Below are positions 27,096 to 38,515 of a stretch of DNA of 60,000 nucleotides, in pieces; within the stretch, counting starts at the first letter, position 1, and each line of letters opens with the position of its first letter. A program made the translations under genes and the position numbers. This DNA comes from Mobula hypostoma (lineage: Eukaryota): contig NC_086097.1 in NCBI RefSeq assembly GCF_963921235.1, positions 184,266,001 through 184,326,000 on the forward strand, written 5' to 3'. The notes beneath the pieces are model-generated. The model did not search any database. It was not told where the DNA came from and worked only from the letters and a program-made list of their open reading frames with translations.

Positions 27096-28234
27096 CTGAC
27101 ATGTTCAACAGTTGGTTGCAGCTGAGTTGCTGCAATGTATTTCACTCCTAAGTTGGGTACAAAGAAATATCACTTGTTACTCAATGTGCATTGGTGGATA
27201 ATAAGTGAGGCCATGATCAGGGTTGGTTGTATATCGCATACTGACTGACTGACTGATGTTTTTAGCCAATGACAAGACAGGCAAAAATTAGCAAGACTAA
27301 AAATTAGCAGGAAGGAAAATTTCTCTTTGAAAAATATCAAATATCAGTACTAACACCAAGTTTGTAAATAAGACACTTTTGTCTTAAGGTGATCCAAACA
27401 ATATACAAATCTATTGTACCAGAAGCAGTCCAAGTACAGCAGCAGTTTTACAATTTTTGAAATGGAGATGGGCAAATGAAAGTAACTATGATTAACGATG
27501 AAATCAATAAATATGTTGCTAACAACTTAGATAGGTTGTATGTTAGGTTTTAAATGGAGAAAGCATTATTGATTATGGGAATTGGCTACTTCAGATTTAT
27601 GGGTTTGAAGTTGCAGTGGTGGAGTAACTAAAACAGTTGTCTCACGTTGCATTAACTCTAATAGGAACAACAGCAATAAAATCAGTAGTAATTGTAGATA
27701 GATTTAGAAGGACATGTTGCAAGAACAGCATTACAACAGATAGCTTATGTCAAGCACTGTTTTAACTTTAAAATAATCTTGTCAATTCCTTTCATCATGA
27801 TTCAATCCTTTAATAAGTAAATGTAATTTTTAAATTTTCCAAACCTGCAGTCTGACAATTGATGAATATATTGATTTGAGAATGCATTTCTTGTATGCTT
27901 TGGAATATTATTTTCACAACTTTAACCATATTGTTAATGGAAAGACAATCTCTTATTTGTTGACTTAAATATATGTGCATGGTATATTATGAAGTATTAT
28001 AAAGCTTAATGTGTTTTGCCAAGCACGCTTATTTGTCATTTAATTAATATGGTACATTACGCAATTATCTTTCACATACAAAACAGCATTAACAAACGCC
28101 TCACATCCATGACAACCTACAGAAACCAAATGGAAAATTACCTATGTGTTATTTATTTTTCTTTCCCTCAATTATGTTTAAGTCCGTAGTTTGTTTTTTT
28201 TTCCTGTTCTTACACTTTTGAATAGACATAGCAG

Positions 28235-28430
28235 TTTATTTATTTATTTATTTATTTAGTAATACGGCTCTGAGTGGGCCCTTCCGGCCCTTCAAGCCAT
28301 GCTGCCCCACAAACTCAATTAACCCTAATCTAATCATAGGACAATTTACAATAAACAGTTAACTTGGTATTGTACATCTTTGGACTGTGAGAGGAAACTA
28401 GAGCACCCAGGGAAAACACATGCATTCACC
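28235..28430 (-). mobile_element. HE1/V-SINE-like fragment
   Basis: Minus strand has the V-domain-like GGGTGCTCTAGTTTCCTCTCACAGTCCAAAGATGTAC, a CR1-like tail and (TAAA)n. Confidence 0.75.
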
Positions 28431-28471
28431 AGTTTTGTGGACTGAATGAAGATATTCTGCAAAGCAGTCAC

Positions 28472-28605
28472 AAATAAGAGAAAATCTGCACATGCTGGAA
28501 ATCCAAGCAACACACACAAAGTGCTGGAGGAACTCATCTATGGAAAAGAGTAAACAGTTGATGTTTCAGGCCAAGACCCTTTGGCAGGTCCTGAAACATC
28601 AACTG
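28472..28605. mobile_element. Older fold-back Penelope-derived mini-element 3
   Basis: One long arm plus a 16-bp inverted repeat (28555-28570, 28590-28605); imperfect TSD CTGCAAAGCAGTCAC / CTGCAAAAACAGTCAC. Confidence 0.75.
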
Positions 28606-29254
28606 CAAAAACAGTCACCCACTCTTTGTTTGGTTTCCTCATTGTAGTGATTGCATGTTAAGCACTGAATGGAGCATACTAAAAGTACATAAGTAAATTG
28701 CCGTTTCACCTGGAATATTCAATTACAGGTATGTACACCCTTACTTTTGTTTAAGGAGCAATACCATCTTCAAGTTTTATCAGCTGTCACTTGGCAGATG
28801 AGAAAATGCTGATAAAGATTCACATTCATACTGGCAGTATTTGAACATAATTTATTACGTACTATATTTTGACTTCAAAACTACAAGATATTTCCAGTTC
28901 ATATTTGGAATAAGATTCTTGAATAAACATTACACCACTTTTTTCATCTCAACAAAATGACATGGCCATTGATCAAGATGTTTATGAATTAATCTTTTTG
29001 TTTTACCAGTAATTTCTGAATCTGTGGTTTGAGCAAATGCTAGAAGTACCTACTCTGTAGAGATCGTGATTACAAGGTGTAAATATCTTTTACTCAAATG
29101 ACAGATATATCTGTCATAAAGTGGATACTTTTCACGCTTTCTGGTGGATTTACTTCTTTCTAGCACTGTCCCTATATTAAAAGGAGCCCAGTGCCCCATG
29201 TTCGAAACTATGTAGGAGTAAGGACGTTTAACTAGAAATTTGAGACAACTATCC

Positions 29255-29450
29255 ATAGAAACATGGAAAACATACAGCACAATACAGGCCCTTCGGCCCA
29301 CAATGCTGTGCTGAACATGTACTTGCTTTAGAAATTACCTAGGGTTATACAAAGCCCTCTATTTTTATAAGCTCCATGTACCTAACCAGGAGTCTCTTAA
29401 AAGACCCTATTGTATCTGCCTCCACCACCATTGCCAGCAGCCCATTCCAA
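29255..29450 (-). mobile_element. CR1 3' tip
   Basis: Reverse complement of about 23905-24100. Confidence 0.88.
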
Positions 29451-29879
29451 CAAGAGCTTGGCAACAGCCAGACGCAATCATAAGTAATGAGTATTAATGA
29501 TGCTGCAAAATGGCAGACGGGCAATGACTATCTCTGAGAATACAGAGTGGACCAAGTGCTGTTGATATTCTGTGGCTTTGCCAAAATGAAGTCCCCTACC
29601 ATTAGCATGCTGAAAGACACTATTGACAAACTCAATGAGACCAGCTACATTGATACTGTGGCTGTTACAACAGGACAGAGGATAGGTGTCCTTGTGTGTC
29701 ATTTGTCAAGAGGAGCCCATTCAAACTATCAAGCAATGTCTGATCCTGCAGAAGCATCCCTTCAACTGCATCTTTCCCCCGCAACCATAAAACTTCCTCT
29801 TTCACAAATAATCAACTCCCCATTTAGTTCTTCTGCACTAAGGGATAATTTGGAGCTCCCAAATAACCTTGCACCATAT

Positions 29880-32375
29880 CTGAGATTGGCAAGGAAACTG
29901 ATTCACCTGGCTGAAACTCCACAAAGTCGTGAAGTGAGTGGGTATACGCCACACAGCACGAGAGGTCACTACCTGCTGCACAACCATGCAGTGAGTGGTG
30001 CATCTTCTGAAACCTCAAAATCTTTACACTGTCTACAAAGTACAAATCAGAATCTTGGTGGGATATTCTCCTGAGTGAGTGCAGCTGCAGTAAAGTTTGA
30101 AAAGTCTGATACCATCCACAGTAAAGTTTGAAGGATAAACAGTCCACCATTAAACATTGACTAAAGTACTGCCTAGGTAATAGACTGCAGTAACTCATCC
30201 TGACTACTCCAAAAGCTCCTAAATCTAAAAACATTTATTACTAAAAGCCCTGGGTCCACATGGACACCTGTACCTTCATGTCTCCTTCCACATGGCGCAT
30301 CTTGACTTGAAAGTATATCACCACTCTTTTATCATCACTAGGTCTAAATTAGGTCTAAAAGATTATGAGAGAAAACTGGCAGGGAACATAAAAACGGACT
30401 GTAAAAGCTTTTATAGATATGTAAAAAGGAAAAGACTGGTAAAGACAAATGTAGGTCCCCTGCAGACAGAAACAGGTGAATTGATTATGGGGAGCAAGGA
30501 CATGGCAGACCAATTGAATAATTACTTTGGTTCTGTCTTCACTAAGGAGGACATAAATAATCTTCCAGAAGTAGTAAGGGACAGAGGGTCCAGTGAGATG
30601 GAGGAACTGAGCGAAATACATGTTAGTAGGGAAGTGGTGTTAGGTAAATTGAAGGGATTGAAGGCAGATAAATCCCCAGGGCCAGATGGTCTGCATCCTA
30701 GAGTGCTTAAGGAAGTAGCCCAAGAAATAGTGGATGCATTAGTGATAATTTTACAAAACTCGTTAGATTCTGGACTAGTTCCTGAGGATTGGAGGGTGGC
30801 TAATGTAACCCCACTTTTTAAAAAAGGAGGGAGAGAGAAACCGGGGAATTATAGACCGGTTAGCCTAACGTCGGTGGTGGGGAAACTGCTGGAGTCAGTT
30901 ATCAAGGATGTGATAACAGCACATTTGGAAAGCGGTGAAATGATCGGACAAAGTCAGCATAGATTTGTGAAAGGAAAATAATGTCTGACGAATCTCATAG
31001 AATTTTTTGAGGATGTAACTAGTAGAGTGGATAGGGGAGAACCAGTGGATGTGGTATATTTGGATTTTCAAAAGGCTTTTGACAAGGTCCCACACAGGAG
31101 ATTAGTGTGCGAACTTAAAGCACACGGTATTGGGGGTAAGGTATTGGTGTGGGTGGAGAATTGGTTAGCAGACAGGAAGCAAAGAGTGGGAATAAACGGG
31201 ACCTTTTCAGAATGGCAGGCGGTGACTAGTGGGGTACCGCAAGGCTCATGCTGGGACCCCAGTTGTTTACAATATATATTAATGACTTGGATGAGGGAAT
31301 TAAATGCAGCATCTCCAAGTTTGCGGATGACACGAAGCTGGGTGGCAGTGTTAGCAGTGAGGAGGATGCTAAGAGGATGCAGGGTGACTTGGATAGGTTG
31401 GGTGAGTGGGCAAATTCATGGCAGATGCAATTTAATGTGGATAAATGTGAAGTTATCCACTTTGGTGGCAAAAATAGGAAAACAGATTATTATCTGAATG
31501 GTGGCTGATTGGGAAAAGGGGAGGTGCAACAAGACCTGGGTGTCATTATACACCAGTCATTGAAAGTGGGCATGCAGGTACAGCAGGCGGTGAAAAAGGC
31601 GAATGGTATGCTGGCATTTATAGCGAGAGGATTCGAGTACAGGAGCAGGGAGGTACTACTGCAGTTGTACAAGGCCTTGGTGAGACCACACCTGGAGTAT
31701 TGTGTGCAGTTTTGGTCCCCTAATCTGAGGAAAGACATCTTTGCCATAGAGGGAGTACAAAGAAGGTTCACCAGATTGATTCCTGGGGTGGCAGGACTTT
31801 CATATGAAGAAAGACTGGATGAACTGGGCTTGTACTCGTTGGAATTTAGAAGATTGAGGGGGGATCTGATTGAAACGTATAAAATCCTAAAGGGATTGGA
31901 CAGGCTAGATGCAGGAAGATTGTTCCCAATGTTGGGGAAGTCCAGAACGAGGGGTCACAGTTTGAGGATAGAGGGGAAGCCTTTTAGGACCGAGATTAGG
32001 AAAAACTTCTTCACACAGAGAGTGGTGAATCTGTGGAATTCTCTGCCACAGCAAACTGTTGAGGCCAGTTCATTGGCTATATTTAAGAGGGAGTTAGATA
32101 TGGCCCTTGTGGCTACAGGGGTCAGGGGGTATGGAGGGAAGGCTGGGGCGGGGTTCTGAGTTGGATGATCAGCCATGATCATAATAAATGGCGATGCAGG
32201 CTTGAAGGGCCGAATGGCCTACTCCTGCACCTATTTTCTATGTTTCTATGTTTCTAAATCCTGGAACTCCCTACCTGAAAGCATTGTGCGGGCTGCTGAG
32301 TACTTTTGCGCAAAGTGGTTTTAAAAGGTTCTCAAAAGGGCAATAAATGCTGCCTTTACCGCTGATGCCAGATCC
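29880..32375 (+). mobile_element. Old LINE 3' remnant (L2/CR1 group) split by a young CR1 insertion
   Basis: ATCATCACTAGGTCTAAAT continues as CCTGGAACTCCCTACC after the CR1; ends near GGGCAATAAATGCTG. Confidence 0.55.
30350..32252 (+). mobile_element. Young 5'-truncated CR1 LINE with nearly intact RT
   Basis: ORFs 30292..30981, 31027..31497, 31248..31508 and 31509..32159 form one ORF2 with few lesions (YLDFQKAFDKVPH, GVPQGS, KFADDTKL). (TTTCTATG)n tail; candidate TSD TCTAAAT at 30343-30349 and 32253-32259. Confidence 0.96.
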
Positions 32376-33769
32376 CAAAAACAGGATAAATAAATAAAAA
32401 CCGAAAGCAAGTTTGAAGAATTGATTTTAAGCAATTATTTAGTAATAAATTATAAATATTTAATAATAACAATATGGACAAAATAAAATTACTAAGTATC
32501 TTGGAACACATCTAGTTATCAGAGTTGTTTTATTCTCTCTGTGAGCCACTTGTGTTACTTTATCTGTCTTTTCACAACCTAAATGATAGACCTCTATAAT
32601 GATTAACTATCTTTTATTAATTCTGATTTGTAATACAGATCTATAATACTGAGATTGTATAATACTTAGATCTATAATACCCAGATTGCAACTCTCTCTA
32701 CATGAAGGATATTCCATTCTCCGTTACATTATGTATATTATTCACAAATAATGGCTTTGAAAATTAAATACAGAACATCAGAGAAGATAATTGAATGCTC
32801 TCAGACTAAGTGAGGCCTGAAAAAGAGTCAGGGCACTCGGGTTTTGGTTGAGCACAACTTGCCTAAGGAAGAGTTCGGTAAAATGATGAATAGAGTTTTT
32901 CAGTTGTCAGGGTTATCAGTGACAAAGGTTTGATGAGAATTACAGCACCAACAGGAGTAAGGCAGATTGCATTTCAAGCTAGAAAGAGGCAACATAGCCT
33001 ATGGATTAGATGGAAATGTTGTAGTTAAACTCAAGGCCAAAATATACAGTAGAAATCATCTGTGTGAGATAGCTGCAGAACGTTGTAGCTCACCTATGAC
33101 ATGATATTATTCAGGCCAGCAACACCCAAGAAATCAAGAATAGCGGTATAGAGATAAAGATGTGTATCATAAATGCAATAATATTTACAAAAATTTTCAC
33201 CAAGTGGCAGTGTATTGTTTAGAATAGGGAATTGACACTACTCAGTTCACCAGAGAAGAAAAGTTTTGGCTCAAGAGATGTAAATTCAAGATAGGTAGGA
33301 ATGGCAAGATGATGTGAAGGCTTTGGAGAGGTTGCCTTTCAAAAACAGCCAGAAAAGTTCATATATTAATTTTTTTTAAAGTGTTTAGAATCACAGGCTA
33401 TTAATTGTGTGCTTATACCAGTGTGGTTTTAAAGCCATATGCAGTGTTTTCAAAATAGATCACAGAGAAGAATTACTGTTACTTGACTTTAACTCAGAGG
33501 TGCATTCAAACACAACAATCTAGCTGACAGTCCACTACACTACAGTGCAGGCGTTGCATTGATGGAGATGAAGTGATGTTAATTACAGATGTCTGCTTCT
33601 ATGACAGGTCAACTAAAAAAAAGTTAATTCAGTGCTCTGCTTAATACGTATTAATCAACTTCATAAAGACCAATTATTTGGTCGCTATCATATTGTTCTT
33701 TGTTGGAGTTTCCTGTGCATGCTTCTATTGCTACATTTTGTCCAAGATTAACTGCACATTAAACTAATT

Positions 33770-34650
33770 TAGTATTGGTTCATCATTGTCACATTTACCA
33801 AGGTATATGAACATGTCCTGCACACGATCCATACAGATCAGTTCATTACACAATGCATAGAGGTAGTACAAGGTAAAACAGAGTGCAGAATATGGTGTTA
33901 CAGAGAAATTGCAGTGCCGGTAGATAATAAGACACAAGGTCACAATGAGGCAGATTGTGAGATCAAGAGTCCAGCTTACTCTGGAGTACCATTCAAAAGT
34001 TTTATAACAGTGGGATAAGAAGCTGACCTTCAACCTGGTGATACATGTTTTCAAGCTTTTTATCTTTTGCCTGATGGGAGGAGGAAATGCTGACGATGTT
34101 CAGAATGGCTGGGTTCTTGGATTATGTCAGCTGTTCTACCAAAGTTGCCATACCAAGATGTGATGCATCCCTGGTGCTTTCTATGGTGCATCAATAAAAA
34201 ATGGTGAGCGTCAAAGGGGTCACACCAAATTCTTTCAGGCTCTTGAGGAAGTAAAGGCACTGGTGAGCTCTCTTGGCCATATCATCAATGTGGTTGGACC
34301 AAGACAGGCTAGGAACTTAAAGCTCTCAACTCTCACAATTTCAGAACTCTTGATACAAACAGGAGCAGGCCTAGTGACTCCCTTCCTGAAGTCGAGGACG
34401 ACTCTTTTGTTTTGCTGACATTGAGGAGAAAGTTGGTACAATGACTTTATGTCACACTTTTCCCTCTGATTCATCATTATTTAAAATACAGCCATTCCAG
34501 TGGAATCATCTGCAAAGTTATAGATGGAGTTAGAGCAAAATCTGGCCACACAGTCTTCAGTGAGCAGGGAGTAGAGTAGGAACTGAAGATGCAGCCTTAT
34601 TGGGCACCGGTCTTGAGAATAATCATAGCAGAGGTATTGCTGTCTATCCT
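33770..34650 (-). mobile_element. Old Rex1/Babar LINE fragment
   Basis: VRVESFKFL (34235..34477), CITSWYGN and LLPSGKR (34060..34260). Confidence 0.75.
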
Positions 34651-34654
34651 TAGT

Positions 34655-35855
34655 TTATAGAGTCATAGAGGCAAGGAGCCACTGCTCCTTGTACAGCATC
34701 ATTACTCTCCCTAGTCCCATTGACCTGCACCAAATCATAGCCATCCATAATCCTCCTATCCTCCTATCCATGTACCCATCCAAATTTCTCTTAAATGTTG
34801 AAATCGATCCCACATCTACCAGTTGTGCTGGCAGCTCACTTGACACTTCACCACCTTATGAGTCAAGAAGTTTTCCCTCATGTTCTCCTTAAACTTTCCA
34901 CCTTTCACCCTTAACCCATGTTCTCTAATTGTCATATCACTCAACCTCAATAGAAGAAGCCTACTTGCATTTACCCTATCTCAGTCAGTCAGTCAGTGGG
35001 TACTGTCCCGAATCCAGGGTTGGCAGCTATGCACCTCCATCTTCTTCGATCTTGCGCTCTTTCTCTGGCCTCAGCAAAACTCAACCAAGTCCATTGCCTC
35101 ACATTATCGTACCAACTGGTTAGCTGCCTTCCTCTTTCCCTCTTTCCTTCTATCATCCCTTCCAATAACAATTTCTGCAGACCACCACCTCTTAACAAGT
35201 GCCCAGCATATTCCAGCTTCCTTTTCTGCACATTCTTCAGCAACTCCTTTTCTCTCCTCACTCTCTTCAACACTTCCATTTTACTGACCTTCATCACCCA
35301 TCTAATTTTCTGCATTCTCCTTAAACACCACATTTCAAATGCCTCCAGTCGTCATTGCGCTTCCTTGCATAAGGTCCATGATTCGACTCCATATAACAGA
35401 CTGCTCCAGACGTAGCATTTCCAAATTCTACAACGCAGCCCAAAGTCCAACTTCTTACCACACAGCACGTCACTCAGGCTCCAGAACATTGATCGTGCAA
35501 TCTCAATTCTTTGTCTAATTTCTGTATCGCATTTCCCATCCTCTGTGACCCTATCTACACTCCTCATAATTTTGTATACCTCTATCAAATCTCCTCACAA
35601 TCTTATGCATTCTAGAGAATAACCTATTCAACCTTTCCCTGCAGAAAGGTCCCTTCACAGGTCATCAAATCCCCGCAAAATCCTTGTGAATTTTCTCTAC
35701 ACTCTGTCAATCCAGTTTTGGTCCAGTAAGTGACCAAAACCTGGCACAATTCTCCAAATTGGACCTCACCAATCTCATACAATTTGAACATAAGATTCCA
35801 ACTCCTATCCTCAGTTCATTGGTTTATGAAGACTAATATGCCAAAAGTTTTCTTT
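34655..35855 (-). mobile_element. CR1 3' fragment interrupted by an RTE element
   Basis: STFKRNLDGYMD; IEVYKIMRSVDRV resumes at 35548. Confidence 0.8.
34982..35547 (-). mobile_element. RTE-clade LINE 3' fragment
   Basis: CYVWSSLLYGVESWTL, MWCLRRMQKI, LEGMIEGKRERGR; (ACTG)n tail; 9-bp TSD ACCCTATCT at 34973-34981 and 35548-35556. Confidence 0.9.
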
Positions 35856-36822
35856 AGACCATAAGACCGTAAGACATAGGAGCAGACTTTGGCCATTTGG
35901 TCCAGTGAGTCTGCTCCGTCATTCAGTCATGGCTAATCCATTTTTCCCCTCAGCCCCACACCCTGGCCTTCTCCCCATAACCTTTGATGCCATGGTCAAT
36001 CAAGGACCCATCAACCTCCACCTTAAATACACCCAACAACATGGCCTCCACAGCTGGCTGTGGTAACAAATTCATCACCTTCTGGTTAAAGAAATTTCCC
36101 CACATTTCTGTTTTAAGTGGACACCCCTCTATACTGAGGCTGTGCCCTCTTGTTCTCGACTCCCCCACCATGGGAAATATCCTTTCCACATCTGCTCTGT
36201 CTCGGTCTTTCAACATTTGAAGATCTCCATGAGATTCCCCCCCCCCCCACTTCTTCTAAATTCCAGTGAGTATAGGTCCAGAGCCATCAAACGTTTCTCA
36301 TTGATAACCCTCTCATTCCTGGAATCATTCTTGTGAACCTCCTCTGAACCCTCTCCAATGCCAGCACATCTTTTATTAGATAATGAGACCAAAACTGTTC
36401 ACAATACAGAAGGTGATGTCTCACTAGTGCCTTATAAAGCCTCAGCATCATATCTCTGCTCTTATATTCCAGACATCTTGAAATGAATGCTAACATTGCA
36501 ATTGCCTTCCTCACCACCGACTCAACCTCTAGGTTAACCTTTAGGCTGTTCTGCATAAGGTCTCCCAAGTCCATTTGCATCTCAGATTTTTGGATTTTCT
36601 CCCTGTTTAGAAAATAGCCTGTTCATTTATTTCTTGTACCAAAGTACATGACCGTGAATTTTCCAACATTGTATTTAATTTGCCACTTTATTGCCCATTC
36701 TGCTAATCTAAGTCTTTCTGCAGCCTTCCTGTTTCCTCAACACTTCCTGCCCCTCCAGAAATCTTTGTGTCATTTGCAAAATTGGTAACAAAGCCATCTA
36801 TTCCATCATCCAAATCATTGAT
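35856..36822 (-). mobile_element. CR1 3' fragment with (ATGGTCTT)-type tail
   Basis: ORFs 36287..36580 and 35950..36216 have LYKALVR and SRTRGHSL. Confidence 0.9.
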
Positions 36823-38281
36823 ATCGTCATCTTCATCACGTGCCGTGCCCAGTTTGAGCTTTGACTGCCACGGCCCACACACTCCTGTTTCGGGTCAAGT
36901 GGATCAATTCATTGGTATTCATTTCCAGTTCTCTGGCTGCTGTCTCCACCATCATTTGTCTTTGTCTTCCTCTTGCCTTCTTTCCTTCAGTCTTTCCCAT
37001 AATTACTGTGCATTCTAACTCCTCTTTCCTAAACACATGTCCAATGAAGTTAATTTGCCTTTTCATTATCTCTTACATTATTTCTCTTTGTGTTTGCTCT
37101 GTTCATGACATCCTCATTAGATATTCGTTTTGTCCATGATATTCTTTGTATCCTCCTCTAAAACCACATCTATGCTGCTTCAATTCATTTCTTCATGTTA
37201 CTAGATATTGTCCAACATTCTGAACCACATAACATAACTGCATAAACGTAACATTTCAGTACTCTGAGGCAGGTTGTCATGCCTAGTTTAGTGTTGGTTA
37301 GTATACTCTTCATTCTCGTAAAGGTGTCTCTTACCATCCCTATTCTTCTTTTGATGTCCATGTCGCACCTGCCATCTGATGTCACCTAGTTTCCCAAGTA
37401 GCAAAATTTCTGAACTTGTTTTATGTTTTCCCTGTTTATTCTCAGCCTGCAGATAGGATTCTCCTTCTTTTTGGATATCACCACACATTCTGTCTTTTTG
37501 CAATTGATAGATAGACCCATTGTTGCACTTTCTTCAACAATTATATCAATTAAGTTTTGTAGTTCTTCCTCCATACTTGCAGTTAACACAGTGTCATCTG
37601 CATATCTGAAATTATTGATGTTTTCACCGCCAACTTTGATTCCCAAGATGTCTCTTATTTTTTGTAATATTGTTTCACTGTGCACATTAAGTAAATCAGG
37701 GGAGAAAACACACCCTTGTCTAACGCCTCTCTTGATTTTCGTAAACTGACTCACTTCTCCATCTACTCTTACAGCGGCAGTTTGTTCCCAGTACAGATTT
37801 CTGATTAGGCGGAGGTCTTTCGAACCTAGATCTAGAGTTTCCTGTAATATTTCAAATAACTTATTGTGCTTCACTTTATCAATGCTTTTGTGCAGTCAAT
37901 TAAACAAACAAACAAACCTTTTTGCACTTGAATAGCTCGTTCTGATAGTATCCTTAACATCAATATTGAGTTTATTGTACCTTTGAATTTCACAAAACCA
38001 CATCGTTCTTTACCTATTTCGGCTTGTATCTTACTTTTAGCTCTTGTCATCAAAATTCTTAGAAGTATCTTAGTGATAGGACTCATTAAACTTATGGTCC
38101 TATGTAATTCACATTCTATTGCTCCAGGTTTCTTAGGAAGAGTGATAAATACTGATTTTTTCATCTTTTCCGGTATTATTCCAGTCTCATAAATGTCATT
38201 GATTAAATCAGTAAGTTTTTCAATTCCATCATCTTCATAGCTCATAATGCAATAAATAAGATGAAGAAAGGAAAGGCAGCA
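36823..38281 (-). mobile_element. RTE (BovB-like) LINE with RT, 5'-truncated and 5'-inverted
   Basis: RTISLMS, KRGVRQGCVFSPDL, NNFRYADDTVL, GKKARGRQR; (GAT)-rich tail near 36825. Confidence 0.92.
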
Positions 38282-38415
38282 TTTTCATACATTTCCGAAC
38301 ACTGTATTCCATCTACCACTTTTTTTGCCCATTCTTCCAATTTGACTAAATCCTGCTGCAATCGCATTGTTTCCTCAGCACTACCTACCCTTCCACCTAT
38401 CTTCGTATCATCCAA

Positions 38416-38515
38416 CCAACACACACAAAATGCTGGATGAACTATGGAAAAGAGTACAGGCAGCATCTATGGAAAAGAGTACAGTCAATGTTTCAGGTCA
38501 AGACCTTCCAGCAGA
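38416..38515 (-). mobile_element. Penelope-like terminus with internal 19-nt duplication (CTATGGAAAAGAGTACAG)
   Basis: CAACACACACAAAATGCTGG...GTTTCAGGTCAAGACC. Confidence 0.75.

Noticed and set aside
26600..27100. CRISPR-like or terminator-like repeats
   Set aside because: Eukaryotic context, inverted rather than regularly spaced direct repeats, no spacers and no cas genes.
26395..27151. Overlapping ORFs on both strands with repeated peptides (LVNAAGQAAS, RDAAWPAAFTSNF)
   Set aside because: They are translations of the palindromic repeat arms, not genes.
29547..30074. 175-aa ORF
   Set aside because: Non-ATG start, no recognisable domain, and it overlaps decayed LINE sequence.
30292..32159. 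Functional or domesticated reverse transcriptase gene
   Set aside because: 5'-truncated, lacks the endonuclease, and has stops and a frameshift.
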